Part shown: in pieces, positions 49,132 through 57,358 of the stretch
Layout of the letters: each line of letters opens with the position of its first letter
Numbering within the stretch: position 1 is the first letter of the stretch
Source of the DNA: an uncultured Actinomycetes bacterium
Lineage (GTDB): Bacteria > Actinomycetota > Thermoleophilia > Gaiellales > Gaiellaceae
Assembly: GCA_963815965.1 (NCBI GenBank)
Contig: CAWFIT010000012.1
Coordinates: 83,740 to 147,739 of the forward strand
Direction of reading: 5' to 3'
DNA: 64,000 bases
Made by a program: the position numbers and the translations under genes
Notes under the pieces: model-generated
Database searches by the model: none
What the model was told of the DNA's origin: nothing
What the model saw: the letters and a program-made list of their open reading frames with translations, nothing else

Positions 49132-49286
49132 TTGCGCTGTCTCGTCGAAGAGGCGCTGCGGTATGTCTCGTTCAAGGCAACCGGGACGCGAATCGTCGCG
49201 GCCGCCGACGCAGCCGAGCGCAGCTCGCGGCCGGCGACAACGTGACCGTCCTCATCAAAGCGACCGAGGTCATGCTCGGGAAGTAA
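49132..49286 (+). pseudogene. possible remnant of a Mop/TOBE-domain gene (N-terminally truncated, at least 1 frame break)
   Basis: Two frames together read ..VSFKATGTRIVAAADAAE / AQLAAGDNVTVLIKATEVMLGK-stop (TAA 49284-49286). This resembles the second half of a ~69-aa molbindin/TOBE domain. No convincing start or SD. Confidence 0.3.
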
Positions 49287-49422
49287 CGGTCGGGCGTTCC
49301 TTCAGCCGTCGAGTCGGACCCCGCGCGGTGGGATCGCGCAACCTGGGTTGACAAGCGGCCACGCCAACGCACGTGGATGTCGGGTTGTGCGGCAGTTGCC
49401 CACGGCGGATGATGCATCGGTG

Positions 49423-51882
49423 ATGGTGCAGCCGTCGGGAACGGTGACGTTGGTGTTCACGGACATCGAGGGTTCGACGGCGCTGCTCGACGAGCTCGGC
49501 GCCGAGGCTTTCAAGGAGGCGCTGGCCGACCACCGTCGGGCGGTGCGGGAGGCTTTCGGTGCGTACTCGGGCTACGAGGTCGATGACGCGGGCGACGGCC
49601 TGTTCTATGCGTTCGTGTCGGCATCGGCAGCGGTGACGGCGGTGGCGCACGCCATGGCATCGCTTGCCGAGGGGCCGGTGCGGATCCGGGTCGGCGTGCA
49701 CACGGGCGAGCCGCTGCTCGATCCGCCGAAGTACGTCGGACCGGACGTGCACAAGGCCGCCAGGATCATGAGCGCAGCCCACGGTGGCCAGGTGCTGCTC
49801 TCGGGCGCGACACACGAGCTGGTCGCCGAGGACGTGCTCGACCTGGGCAGTCACCGGTTGAAGGACTTCGCCGACCAGGTCTCGCTGTTCCAACTCGGTT
49901 CCGGTCGCTTTCCGCCGCTGCGGACGATCTCGAACACGAATCTCCCCGTGCCGCTCTCCTCGTTCGTGGGGCGCGAGCAGGAAGTGATGGAGGTTGTTTC
50001 TCTCGTTCGGGACGAGGCGGCGCGCCTGGTGACGCTCGCTGGTCCGGGTGGGACGGGGAAGACGCGGCTGGCGCTCGAGGCGGCGGGGGAGCTGGTGAGC
50101 GAGTTCGGAGCTGGGGTGTTCTGGGTCGGACTGGCGCCGGTCCGGGATCCGGCGCTCGTCGTCGACACGGTCGCGCGGACGCTGGGTGCGAAGCAGGAGC
50201 TGGCGGCGCACATCGGCGAGAAGCAGCTCTTGCTCGTGCTCGACAACCTGGAGCAGGTGGTCGATTCGGCGGTCGAGCTGGCGGCGCTGCTACGCGCCTG
50301 TGCGAACCTGCGGTTGCTCGTCACCAGCCGGGAGCTGTTGCGGGTCGACGGCGAGATCGTCTATCCGGTGCCGGCTCTCGCTGAGCCGGAGGCGGTCGAG
50401 CTGTTCTGCGCGCGGGCACGAATCGAGCCGGACGAGGCGGTTGCCGAGCTGTGCGGCCTGCTGGACAACCTGCCGCTCGCGCTCGAGCTCGCCGCGGCCC
50501 GGGTCAGTGTGCTCACACCTGCCCAGATTGTCGAACGGATCTCGCAGCGACTGGACCTGTTCAGGGCTGGTCGCGACGCCGACGCGCGCCAGCAGACATT
50601 GCGAGCGACGATCGCCTGGTCGTACGACCTGCTGGCGGAGGACGAGCAGCGGCTCTTCGCCAGCATGGGTGTCTTTCGGGGCGGCTGTACGCTCGAGACC
50701 GCCGAGCAGGTTGCCGGCGCCGACGTCGCCGGTCTGCAAACGCTGCACGACAAGAGCCTGCTGCGGCGAAGCGGCGAGCGCTTCTGGATGCTGCAGACGA
50801 TCCGCGAGTACGCCCACGAGCTGCTCGAGGGAGGCAGCGAGGGCGATGCCATTCGCCGCCGGCACGCCGATCACTACCTCGCAGTCAGCGAGCTCGCCTA
50901 CACAGAGCGGTTCGACCGCGGCCTGACCTGGGTCCGAAGACTCGAGGCAGAGCACGACAACTTCCGCGCTGCGCTCGACCACCTGCAAGACCGCGACCCC
51001 CTCCGCGCCCTCCAGCTCGCCGGAGCGCTCGGCTGGTTCTGGCTGGCGAGATCGCACTTTGCAGAGGGCGCGCGAAGACTCGAAGACGCTCTGTCGTCAA
51101 CCGTGGACGAGGGACCGCTCACGGCCCGGGCGCTGACCTACCTTGGGTATGTCGACACCGACGAGACAAACTCGCTGAGGCGACACGAGCACGCGGTCAA
51201 GCTCTGGCTCAACCTGGGGGATGAGACGGAGTTGGCGGCTGCCGGTGAAGGGCTGGGCTGGGCTCTCTACATGTGTGGAGAAAAGTCGCGGGCGCTTGAC
51301 GTGTTCGAGCAGAACCTCGAGCTCGCGCGCCGTCTCGGTCACCACGCAATCGTCAACCGGTCGATCGCGGGTGTTTGCCAACTGCTCGTGGCAACCGGTG
51401 AGTTCGAGCGCGCGGAACCGCTGGCGCTGGAGCTCCATGCCGCGACGCGCGACAGCGAAGACGTCTTCTGCATGGTCGGCGGCGACCACTACCTCAGCGA
51501 CTGCGCGATGGACCGGCGCGACTACACCCTCGCTGAGCAGCACCGGCTGGAGGCCCTCGAAATCACGCTCCGGATCGGAGACGTGATGCAACAGACCATC
51601 GAGGTCCTCGGTCTCGCCTTTACCGCCGCCGGGCTCGGACGAGACGAAGACGCACTCCGTCTCGAGGGAGCTATCAACGCAAAATGGAAGGAGTTCGGCG
51701 TATCCCATGCTCCACCGTTATCCGAGGCATGGCGCCAGCGCGACCTCGTTCCAGCCCGCGCCAGGCTCGGCGAGGCGCGAGCGAACGCGGCCTTCGACGA
51801 AGGACGAGCGATGACGTGGGATCAGGCCATCGAGCTCGCACTCGCGTCTGACGTCGCGCCGCTCGTGCGCGCGGCCCGTTAG
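49423..51882 (+). CDS. class III cyclase - STAND (NB-ARC-like) ATPase - TPR protein, no DNA-binding domain
   Basis: Intact ~819 aa. TLVFTDIEGSTALL..GYEVDDAGDGLFYAF..GPDVHKAARIMSAAHGGQVLLS..FPPLRT (cyclase). FVGREQE..LAGPGGTGKTRLAL (Walker A), LLLVLDNLEQV (Walker B), LPLALEL. The C-terminal ~350 aa is TPR-like. Confidence 0.85.
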   Translation: MVQPSGTVTLVFTDIEGSTALLDELGAEAFKEALADHRRAVREAFGAYSGYEVDDAGDGLFYAFVSASAAVTAVAHAMASLAEGPVRIRVGVHTGEPLLDPPKYVGPDVHKAARIMSAAHGGQVLLSGATHELVAEDVLDLGSHRLKDFADQVSLFQLGSGRFPPLRTISNTNLPVPLSSFVGREQEVMEVVSLVRDEAARLVTLAGPGGTGKTRLALEAAGELVSEFGAGVFWVGLAPVRDPALVVDTVARTLGAKQELAAHIGEKQLLLVLDNLEQVVDSAVELAALLRACANLRLLVTSRELLRVDGEIVYPVPALAEPEAVELFCARARIEPDEAVAELCGLLDNLPLALELAAARVSVLTPAQIVERISQRLDLFRAGRDADARQQTLRATIAWSYDLLAEDEQRLFASMGVFRGGCTLETAEQVAGADVAGLQTLHDKSLLRRSGERFWMLQTIREYAHELLEGGSEGDAIRRRHADHYLAVSELAYTERFDRGLTWVRRLEAEHDNFRAALDHLQDRDPLRALQLAGALGWFWLARSHFAEGARRLEDALSSTVDEGPLTARALTYLGYVDTDETNSLRRHEHAVKLWLNLGDETELAAAGEGLGWALYMCGEKSRALDVFEQNLELARRLGHHAIVNRSIAGVCQLLVATGEFERAEPLALELHAATRDSEDVFCMVGGDHYLSDCAMDRRDYTLAEQHRLEALEITLRIGDVMQQTIEVLGLAFTAAGLGRDEDALRLEGAINAKWKEFGVSHAPPLSEAWRQRDLVPARARLGEARANAAFDEGRAMTWDQAIELALASDVAPLVRAAR

Positions 51883-51899
51883 CCCGTTCGACTGTTCCG

Positions 51900-53258
51900 T
51901 TACGGCCGGATGTTCTGGTTCAGGCGGAAGACATTGTCCGGATCCCAGGCACGCTTCAGTTCGACCAGCTTCTCGTACTTCGCGTTGCCGTAGACGGAGC
52001 GAACGACGTCCTCTCCTGTGTCGGCGACGTCGTTGACATAGCGCCCCGTTGTCGCGTACGGCTGGACGTCTGCAATCGCATCGCGGACCCATTCGCGGCA
52101 CACGTCGTCCAGCGCGTCGTCGTGCCAGAGGATTTCCGCCGCGAGCCAGTAGGTCGCCTCGCGCCCCGCGTACGCCGTTGCGTCTTCGGGCACCGCGGCA
52201 ACTGCACGCCCCAGTGCCCAGACCGAGAACTCTCCGTGCGCGCCCGCCGGGATCTCCGGAAGGCGCCTCGCAAGCTGGTCGATCAGGTCGTCGCGGAGAT
52301 CGACCAGCAACGCGCTCTTCATGTAGAAGCGCTGGCCCCAGTCCATCGCCCCGTCGTTCATCGTCTGGGTCGTCAGATACGGCTTCGCCTCGATTGACCC
52401 AGCCGATGGCCCGAACGAACGCAGCGTCGCGAGATCGCGTTCCGCGTCGGCCAAGGATCCGCAGTGCAGCACGTTGACGAACGCGACCGGGTCGCCGGTG
52501 GACTCGGCGAGGCCGAGGCCGAATCCCAACCCGAGCTCGTCGGGGCCGTTCTCGACTGCGTCGCGAAAGAGCGCCGCGACTTCGCTCACGCAGTCGATGG
52601 GGTGCAGAACGGAGCCGTGCGTGATCACGCGACCGAGGGGGTGGAGGCGATATTCGAGCGAGGTTGCGATCCCGAAGTTCGGTCCTGCACCGCGAAGCCC
52701 CCAGAAAAGTTCTGGGTTTTGGTCCTCGCTTGCGTGCACGAGCCGACCATCGGCTGTCACGACGTCGGCCGACAGCAGATTGTCGATCGTCAGGCCGAAC
52801 TTGCGCTGCAGTCGTCCCATCCCACCGCCGAGCGTCAGACCCGCGGCGCCGGTGTGCGAGATGACGCCGACCGGACAGACGAGGCCGAAGGCCTGTGCCT
52901 CGCGGTCGAGGTCGCCGAGCAGCGCGCCGCCGCTCACATGTGCCGTGCGGTTCTCCGGATCGACGCGCACGTTGCGCATGCGCGAGAGGTCGATCACGAT
53001 CCCGTCGTCACACGTCGACAGGCCCGGAATGCTGTGTCCGCCGCTGCGCACCGCGATCCGCAAGTCCTCCGTGCGCGCGAAGTGGACGGCTGTGATGACG
53101 TCGGCGGCGCCGGTCGGTCGCACGATCATTGCGGGGCGGCGGTCGATCATTCCGTTCCAGACGACGCGCGCCGCGTCGTAGCCCTCATCGCCCGGAACGA
53201 TCAACTCGCCCGCAAACCCGTCGGCGAAGACTCGGATCGTCCGCTCTTCAACTGCCAC
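51900..53258 (-). CDS. FAD-binding (PCMH/BBE-type) oxidoreductase
   Basis: Intact 452 aa. [106 protein letters not shown]. Confidence 0.85.
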   Translation of the reverse strand: MAVEERTIRVFADGFAGELIVPGDEGYDAARVVWNGMIDRRPAMIVRPTGAADVITAVHFARTEDLRIAVRSGGHSIPGLSTCDDGIVIDLSRMRNVRVDPENRTAHVSGGALLGDLDREAQAFGLVCPVGVISHTGAAGLTLGGGMGRLQRKFGLTIDNLLSADVVTADGRLVHASEDQNPELFWGLRGAGPNFGIATSLEYRLHPLGRVITHGSVLHPIDCVSEVAALFRDAVENGPDELGLGFGLGLAESTGDPVAFVNVLHCGSLADAERDLATLRSFGPSAGSIEAKPYLTTQTMNDGAMDWGQRFYMKSALLVDLRDDLIDQLARRLPEIPAGAHGEFSVWALGRAVAAVPEDATAYAGREATYWLAAEILWHDDALDDVCREWVRDAIADVQPYATTGRYVNDVADTGEDVVRSVYGNAKYEKLVELKRAWDPDNVFRLNQNIRP

Positions 53259-53318
53259 GGTCGCATGATGCCGCTTCAGACTGCGACGAGATACAACCGA
53301 GCGAGACGATCTGCCGGT

Positions 53319-53348
53319 GCGAGGGGCGGCCGTGCGGCCGCCCCTCGC
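53319..53348 (-). terminator. perfect hairpin after the TolB-like gene
   Basis: GCGAGGGGCGGCC-gtgc-GGCCGCCCCTCGC: 13-bp perfect stem, 19 nt downstream of the stop at 53367 (minus strand). Confidence 0.5.
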
Positions 53349-53366
53349 AGAGCACGCGATGGTGTT

Positions 53367-54313
53367 CTAGCCGTCGTCGTCGCCTGCGCCCGTGCCGCGC
53401 GGCTGCCAGCCGGGGACGAACTGGAGCCCGCCCGGGTGGACTGCCTGCGCGTCACTGCCGTCCGCGGCGTTGACCGTGTAGTTGGTGCGTGTGGGCATGT
53501 CCATCGTGGCGATACGGCTGCCGTCAGGCGACCAGGCGGTGCCGTAGTAGGTGGCGCCATTGGTGATCGGGTGCTGGTTGGAGCCGTTCGCGTTCATCAC
53601 CCAGATGTCGCCCCAGCTCTGGGATTGACGACGTCGGAGATGCCGTGCGTGTCGGCGAGGTACGCGATCTTGGAGCCGTCCGGGCTCCAGTCGGGCACCT
53701 GGTCTTTGGGTTGCGGGTCGAAGGTGAGTTGCGTCTGGCCGGAGCCGTCGGCGTTCATCACGTAGACCTGCGAGGTCCCTGTGCGATTGCTGGTGAAGAC
53801 GATCTTGCTGCCGTCGGGTGAGAAGGCGGGGTAGACGTTGTTGCCGACGGTGGTCAGCTGTTGCGGCGTGCCGCCGTCGCTGGGGACGACGTAGATGTTG
53901 CGCGCGGTCGCGCCGGCGGGCTGTGCGGCGAAGACGATCTCGCTCCCGTCGGGTGAGTAGTCGGGGAAGATCGCCACCCCGCTCATGTGCGTGACCTGCT
54001 GCTTGTCGGTGCCGTTCTGCTTCATCGTCCAGACCTGGACGGGGCCGCCGCCCTGGCCCGAGCAGTAGGCGATCCGCCTGCCGTCGGCCGAGTAGGCGGC
54101 GCAGGCGTCGAAGCCGGCGTCGGTGGTGAGGCGGCGCAGATCCTGCCCGCCCGGGAGCGCCGTGTAGACGTCGGTGTTGCCGTTGACGTTCATGCCGAAG
54201 GCGATCCGGCCGTTGGTCGCGCCTCCGTAGGTGGCGCGTGCGGCACCGCTCAGCACAGCAAGCGCGCACGCAGCGGCGACCGCCGCGATGGCGAGAGTCC
54301 TCTTCATGGTCAT
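53367..54313 (-). pseudogene. secreted TolB-like (PD40/WD40-like) beta-propeller protein, one frame break (~53622)
   Basis: Signal MTMKRTLAIAAVAAACALAVLSGAARA. Repeated PD40 units: YSADGRRIAY, YSPDGSEIVF, FSPDGSKIVF, WSPDGSKIAY. After an indel in a CCC/GGG run: WGDIWVMNANGSNQHPIT..WSPDGSRIA. ATG 54313 overlaps the upstream stop (ATGA). Confidence 0.75.
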
Positions 54314-54606
54314 GCCTCCTCCTCTTGTCGAAGCGGCGGATGGCCCGCCGGCCGATGACCCGTGATCCGCCAAGCGACTTTCACGTGCGGCTGGTCCGTG
54401 GCCACCGTGAAACGACCGTTCTCGAGCGCAGCGGTGATCCGTGCCGTGCTCGGCGGATCGAGGTCGCGAAGCTCGTACTCGAGCGGCGGCTCGAGCGGCC
54501 CTGCGTCCGTCGGCAAGCTGACGGTCGCGTAGCCGCGCGCATCCGTCCAGACCTCGCCGTGGTAGGCGACCGTGCCCATGTGCGCCGGGTGGAGCGGACG
54601 AGTCAT
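54310..54606 (-). CDS. small hypothetical protein translationally coupled to the TolB-like gene
   Basis: MTRPLHPAHMGTVAYHGEVWTDARGYATVSLP..LEYELRDL..ENGRFTVATDQPHVKVAWRITGHR. Recalls a C-terminal module (..F.Y.LT....F.I....P..KVSWQVTG.R) that I remember from large surface/tail-fibre-like proteins. The start is uncertain. The upstream part of the track ORF is antisense to the SARP gene. Confidence 0.45.
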   Translation of the reverse strand: MTRPLHPAHMGTVAYHGEVWTDARGYATVSLPTDAGPLEPPLEYELRDLDPPSTARITAALENGRFTVATDQPHVKVAWRITGHRPAGHPPLRQEEEA

Positions 54607-54720
54607 CCCGACGAGGGTGGACGGCCGTGGCAATAGCGCCGCTAGGACCACGTTAGGACCGGGTCGCGGTGAACCCGCGGCGGGCTTTGAACTTCGCTTC
54701 TGATGCGGTAAAACCGGCTG

Positions 54721-56679
54721 GTGGAGTTTCGGATCCTCGGGCCGCTCGAGGTGCTCGACGACGGCGTGCCGGTTCCCCTTGGGACTCTCAAGGAGAGGGT
54801 CGTCCTCGCGGTTTTGTTGTTGCACGCGAACGAGGTCGTCTCGCGCGAGCGCCTGATAGACGACCTCTGGGGCGCGTCGCCGCCGCCGACGGCGAAGAAG
54901 GCCGTCAGTGTCTATGTGTCCAAGCTGCGCAAGACACTCGCGCGCAACGGCGAGGATCCGATCGCGCCCGCAGCGGGGGGTTACCGAATCACGGTCGAGC
55001 CCGACCGGCTCGACGCGGCGCGAGCGCAACGTTTCGTCACTGACGCGGGCGAGCGCACCGCCGCCGGTGATCTCGACGCGGCTGCGCAGCTGTTTCGCGA
55101 CGCGCTCGCGCTCTGGCGCGGGTCAACCCTGGCCGGACTCACGCTCGAGTCCCAGGGCCGCGACGAGGTCGCGCGGCTGGACGAGCTACGCCTCACTGCG
55201 TTGATGGATCGGATCGACTGCGATCTCGCGCAGGGTCGTCACGAGCGCGTTGTGGGCGAGCTGCAGGTACTCGTCGGGGAGCATCCGCTCCGCGAACGGC
55301 TCCGCGCGCAGCAGATGCTTGCCCTCTACCGCGCCGACCGGCAAGCGGAGGCGCTCGACGCATACGCCGAGGCGCGGCGGACGCTCGTCGACGACCTCGG
55401 CATCGATCCGAGCGAGGCGCTGCAACGAATACAGCAGGCGATCCTCCGCCACGACCCAGCCCTCGCGACGCCGGAGGGCACCGCAGGAGCGAACGGACTT
55501 CCGCCGAGCGCGGCTGTCCCGCCGCCAACACCGGCTATCGCCGTGCGACTCGGCGAGAGGCACTCACGGCGGCGGTTCCGTCCTCGCCGCTGGCAGCTTG
55601 CCGTCGCAGGGCTTGTCGTCCTCACGGCCTCGGCCGCGGCGGCGACGACGCTCTCCACATCGTCGGCTCGCGCGACGCCGCATGTCGTTCCGAACAGCCT
55701 CGTCCGGCTCGATCCTCGCAGCGGCAAGCCGACGTTGGTGGTACCCGTAGGGGTCGAGCCTGGACCGATCGCATTTACGCCGACAGCGATCTGGACCGTG
55801 AACCACGGCGATCGCACCCTCTCCCGCTACGACCTCCGCACGCATGGAGTGCAGACGCGAGGCGGTTTCCCGCATCAGCCCTACGACGTCGTCGCCGACA
55901 TGGCCGGGAACGTCTGGGTCTCGAGCAAGACGCCGATCGTGACGCGCCTCGCAGCAGGCGTTGGCGGGACGTCGGCAGGGCCGCTGTACCCATCGAAGAC
56001 GGCGACGATCCGTGTCCGCGGTCCGGGCGTCGGCCACGAAGCGCTCGGAGCCGGTTATGTATGGGCGATCGTCGGTCCCTTGACGTACCCCGCACCCGGT
56101 CTGCCTCACCGCGAGGACGACCGGCTCTCACTGATCGACATGCAGAGCGATCGTGTTGCTACGTCGATGAGGCTTCGCCGAAGCACCACGTCGATTGCCT
56201 TCGGGTACGGGTCAGCATGGATTGGAGCGTACGACGCCGGGGGGAGCTGGCTGGCGATCATCAGCGCGGGTTCGACCAAGCCCGAGTGGATCCGTCTCGT
56301 GCGAGGTGAGAGCTGCGGCCCGCCGTACGATCCGGGGCCCTACGGGGCGCCATTGGTCGCTACCGGAGCCGGAGGCGTCTGGGTTCTCACCTGCGGTCAG
56401 AGCAACCAGCAACAGCTCATCAAAGTCGATCCCGAGACGCATCGCATCGTCAAGCGGACCTACGTTTCGAACCTGGATCCAGCGAGCTTCCTGGCCGTCG
56501 GCGCCGGCTCGGTCTGGCTCGCCGGGGGCTCGGTCTCGGAGGTCGACCCGGTGACCGACAAGGTCGTGCGCACGATTCCGCTGGGCGGCAGAGCGAAGAC
56601 ACCGTGCGGAATCGCCGCCACACGAGACGCCGTCTGGGTCGCCATCGGCAACGCCTACTGCGACACCATCGGCCAATGA
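54721..56679 (+). CDS. membrane-anchored SARP regulator (wHTH + BTAD - TM - extracytoplasmic beta-propeller-like domain)
   Basis: Intact 652 aa, GTG start. MEFRILGPLEVLDDG..RVVLAVLLL..LIDDLWG; WRGSTLAGL..LRERLRAQQMLALYRADRQAEALDAYA. Single TM WQLAVAGLVVLTASAAAATTL. C-terminal 330 aa has repeated ..VW../..G.VWV.. strands (NVWVSS, GYVWAIV, GGVWVLT, GSVWLAG, DAVWVAI). Confidence 0.8.
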   Translation: MEFRILGPLEVLDDGVPVPLGTLKERVVLAVLLLHANEVVSRERLIDDLWGASPPPTAKKAVSVYVSKLRKTLARNGEDPIAPAAGGYRITVEPDRLDAARAQRFVTDAGERTAAGDLDAAAQLFRDALALWRGSTLAGLTLESQGRDEVARLDELRLTALMDRIDCDLAQGRHERVVGELQVLVGEHPLRERLRAQQMLALYRADRQAEALDAYAEARRTLVDDLGIDPSEALQRIQQAILRHDPALATPEGTAGANGLPPSAAVPPPTPAIAVRLGERHSRRRFRPRRWQLAVAGLVVLTASAAAATTLSTSSARATPHVVPNSLVRLDPRSGKPTLVVPVGVEPGPIAFTPTAIWTVNHGDRTLSRYDLRTHGVQTRGGFPHQPYDVVADMAGNVWVSSKTPIVTRLAAGVGGTSAGPLYPSKTATIRVRGPGVGHEALGAGYVWAIVGPLTYPAPGLPHREDDRLSLIDMQSDRVATSMRLRRSTTSIAFGYGSAWIGAYDAGGSWLAIISAGSTKPEWIRLVRGESCGPPYDPGPYGAPLVATGAGGVWVLTCGQSNQQQLIKVDPETHRIVKRTYVSNLDPASFLAVGAGSVWLAGGSVSEVDPVTDKVVRTIPLGGRAKTPCGIAATRDAVWVAIGNAYCDTIGQ

Positions 56680-56712
56680 CGCTGCGCTGCCCGCCGGATT
56701 ATCGCGGCGGCG

Positions 56713-57115
56713 ATGATAACCCGCGGGGCTCCTCGCCATTGCGGCCTCTGCCGCGACCCAGACCGAATCTTTCACCGCCGTCTTCTCCGACCGACCGTGC
56801 GGAGTGAGACTCTGCGGCGACGGCGTGATCGACCCCTACGGTCGGGTAACGACCATCACCGTGTTCTCCCGGCGCACGCCAGGCCCCGAACCAGGCTGCC
56901 ACACCTACAAAGGGACCCGCACCGCGACGCTCGTCAAGAACAAGCGCAGCACCCTCCGGTTCGCCATCCAAGGCCCACTTTGCGGAGCACACGCCTGGGG
57001 AACATTCAGAATCGTTTCAGGGACCGGCACCTTCTCGAACGCCAGCGGAAGCGGCGTTATCTGGGGTGCCCCGTCGGTCGTCCACTACTACGGCGTCATA
57101 AGACTCGATCGGTAG
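56713..57115 (+). pseudogene. small secreted Cys-containing hypothetical protein, probable frame break in a G-run (~56725)
   Basis: ATG 56713 (MITRG..) followed by a shift in GGGG gives ..LLAIAASAATQTESFTAVFSDRPCGVRLCGDGVIDPYGRV..GCHTYKGTRTATLV..GPLCGAHAWGTFRIVSGTGTFSNASGSG. Stop at 57113-57115. Confidence 0.4.
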
Positions 57116-57236
57116 AGACCCGACTGCGCTCGCGGATCAATGTAGGCGTCGCTCGGCCGTGTCCGGGTTTGTCGATTACCAGAACCCGCCATCGGTTTGA
57201 GGGCGTCAGCGCCGGCTCCTAGACAACGGCGATGGA

Positions 57237-57259
57237 ATGGCCCTCGCAAGGAGGGCCAT
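57237..57259 (-). terminator. hairpin immediately 3' (minus strand) of the tRNA-like fragment
   Basis: ATGGCCCTC-gcaag-GAGGGCCAT: 9-bp perfect stem. Confidence 0.35.
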
Positions 57260-57287
57260 GAGAGGTCGGAACGACTCCGTTGAGCCA

Positions 57288-57316
57288 AGCCCTCTGACGG
57301 ACTCGAACCGTCGACC
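57288..57316 (-). other. tRNA 3'-half-like fragment (T-arm + 3' acceptor strand + discriminator), no matching 5' half
   Basis: Minus strand reads GGTC GACGG-TTCGAGT-CCGTC AGAGGGC T. This is a perfect 5-bp T-stem with G53/C61, and a T-loop TTCGAGT that fits the TTCRANY consensus. It is followed by 7 nt in the place of an acceptor strand. No complementary GCCCTCT, D-arm or anticodon arm can be folded upstream. Confidence 0.3.
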
Positions 57317-57358
57317 ACGCTGCAACAGTTTCCGTCATCGCGCGACGTTCGGACCTGC

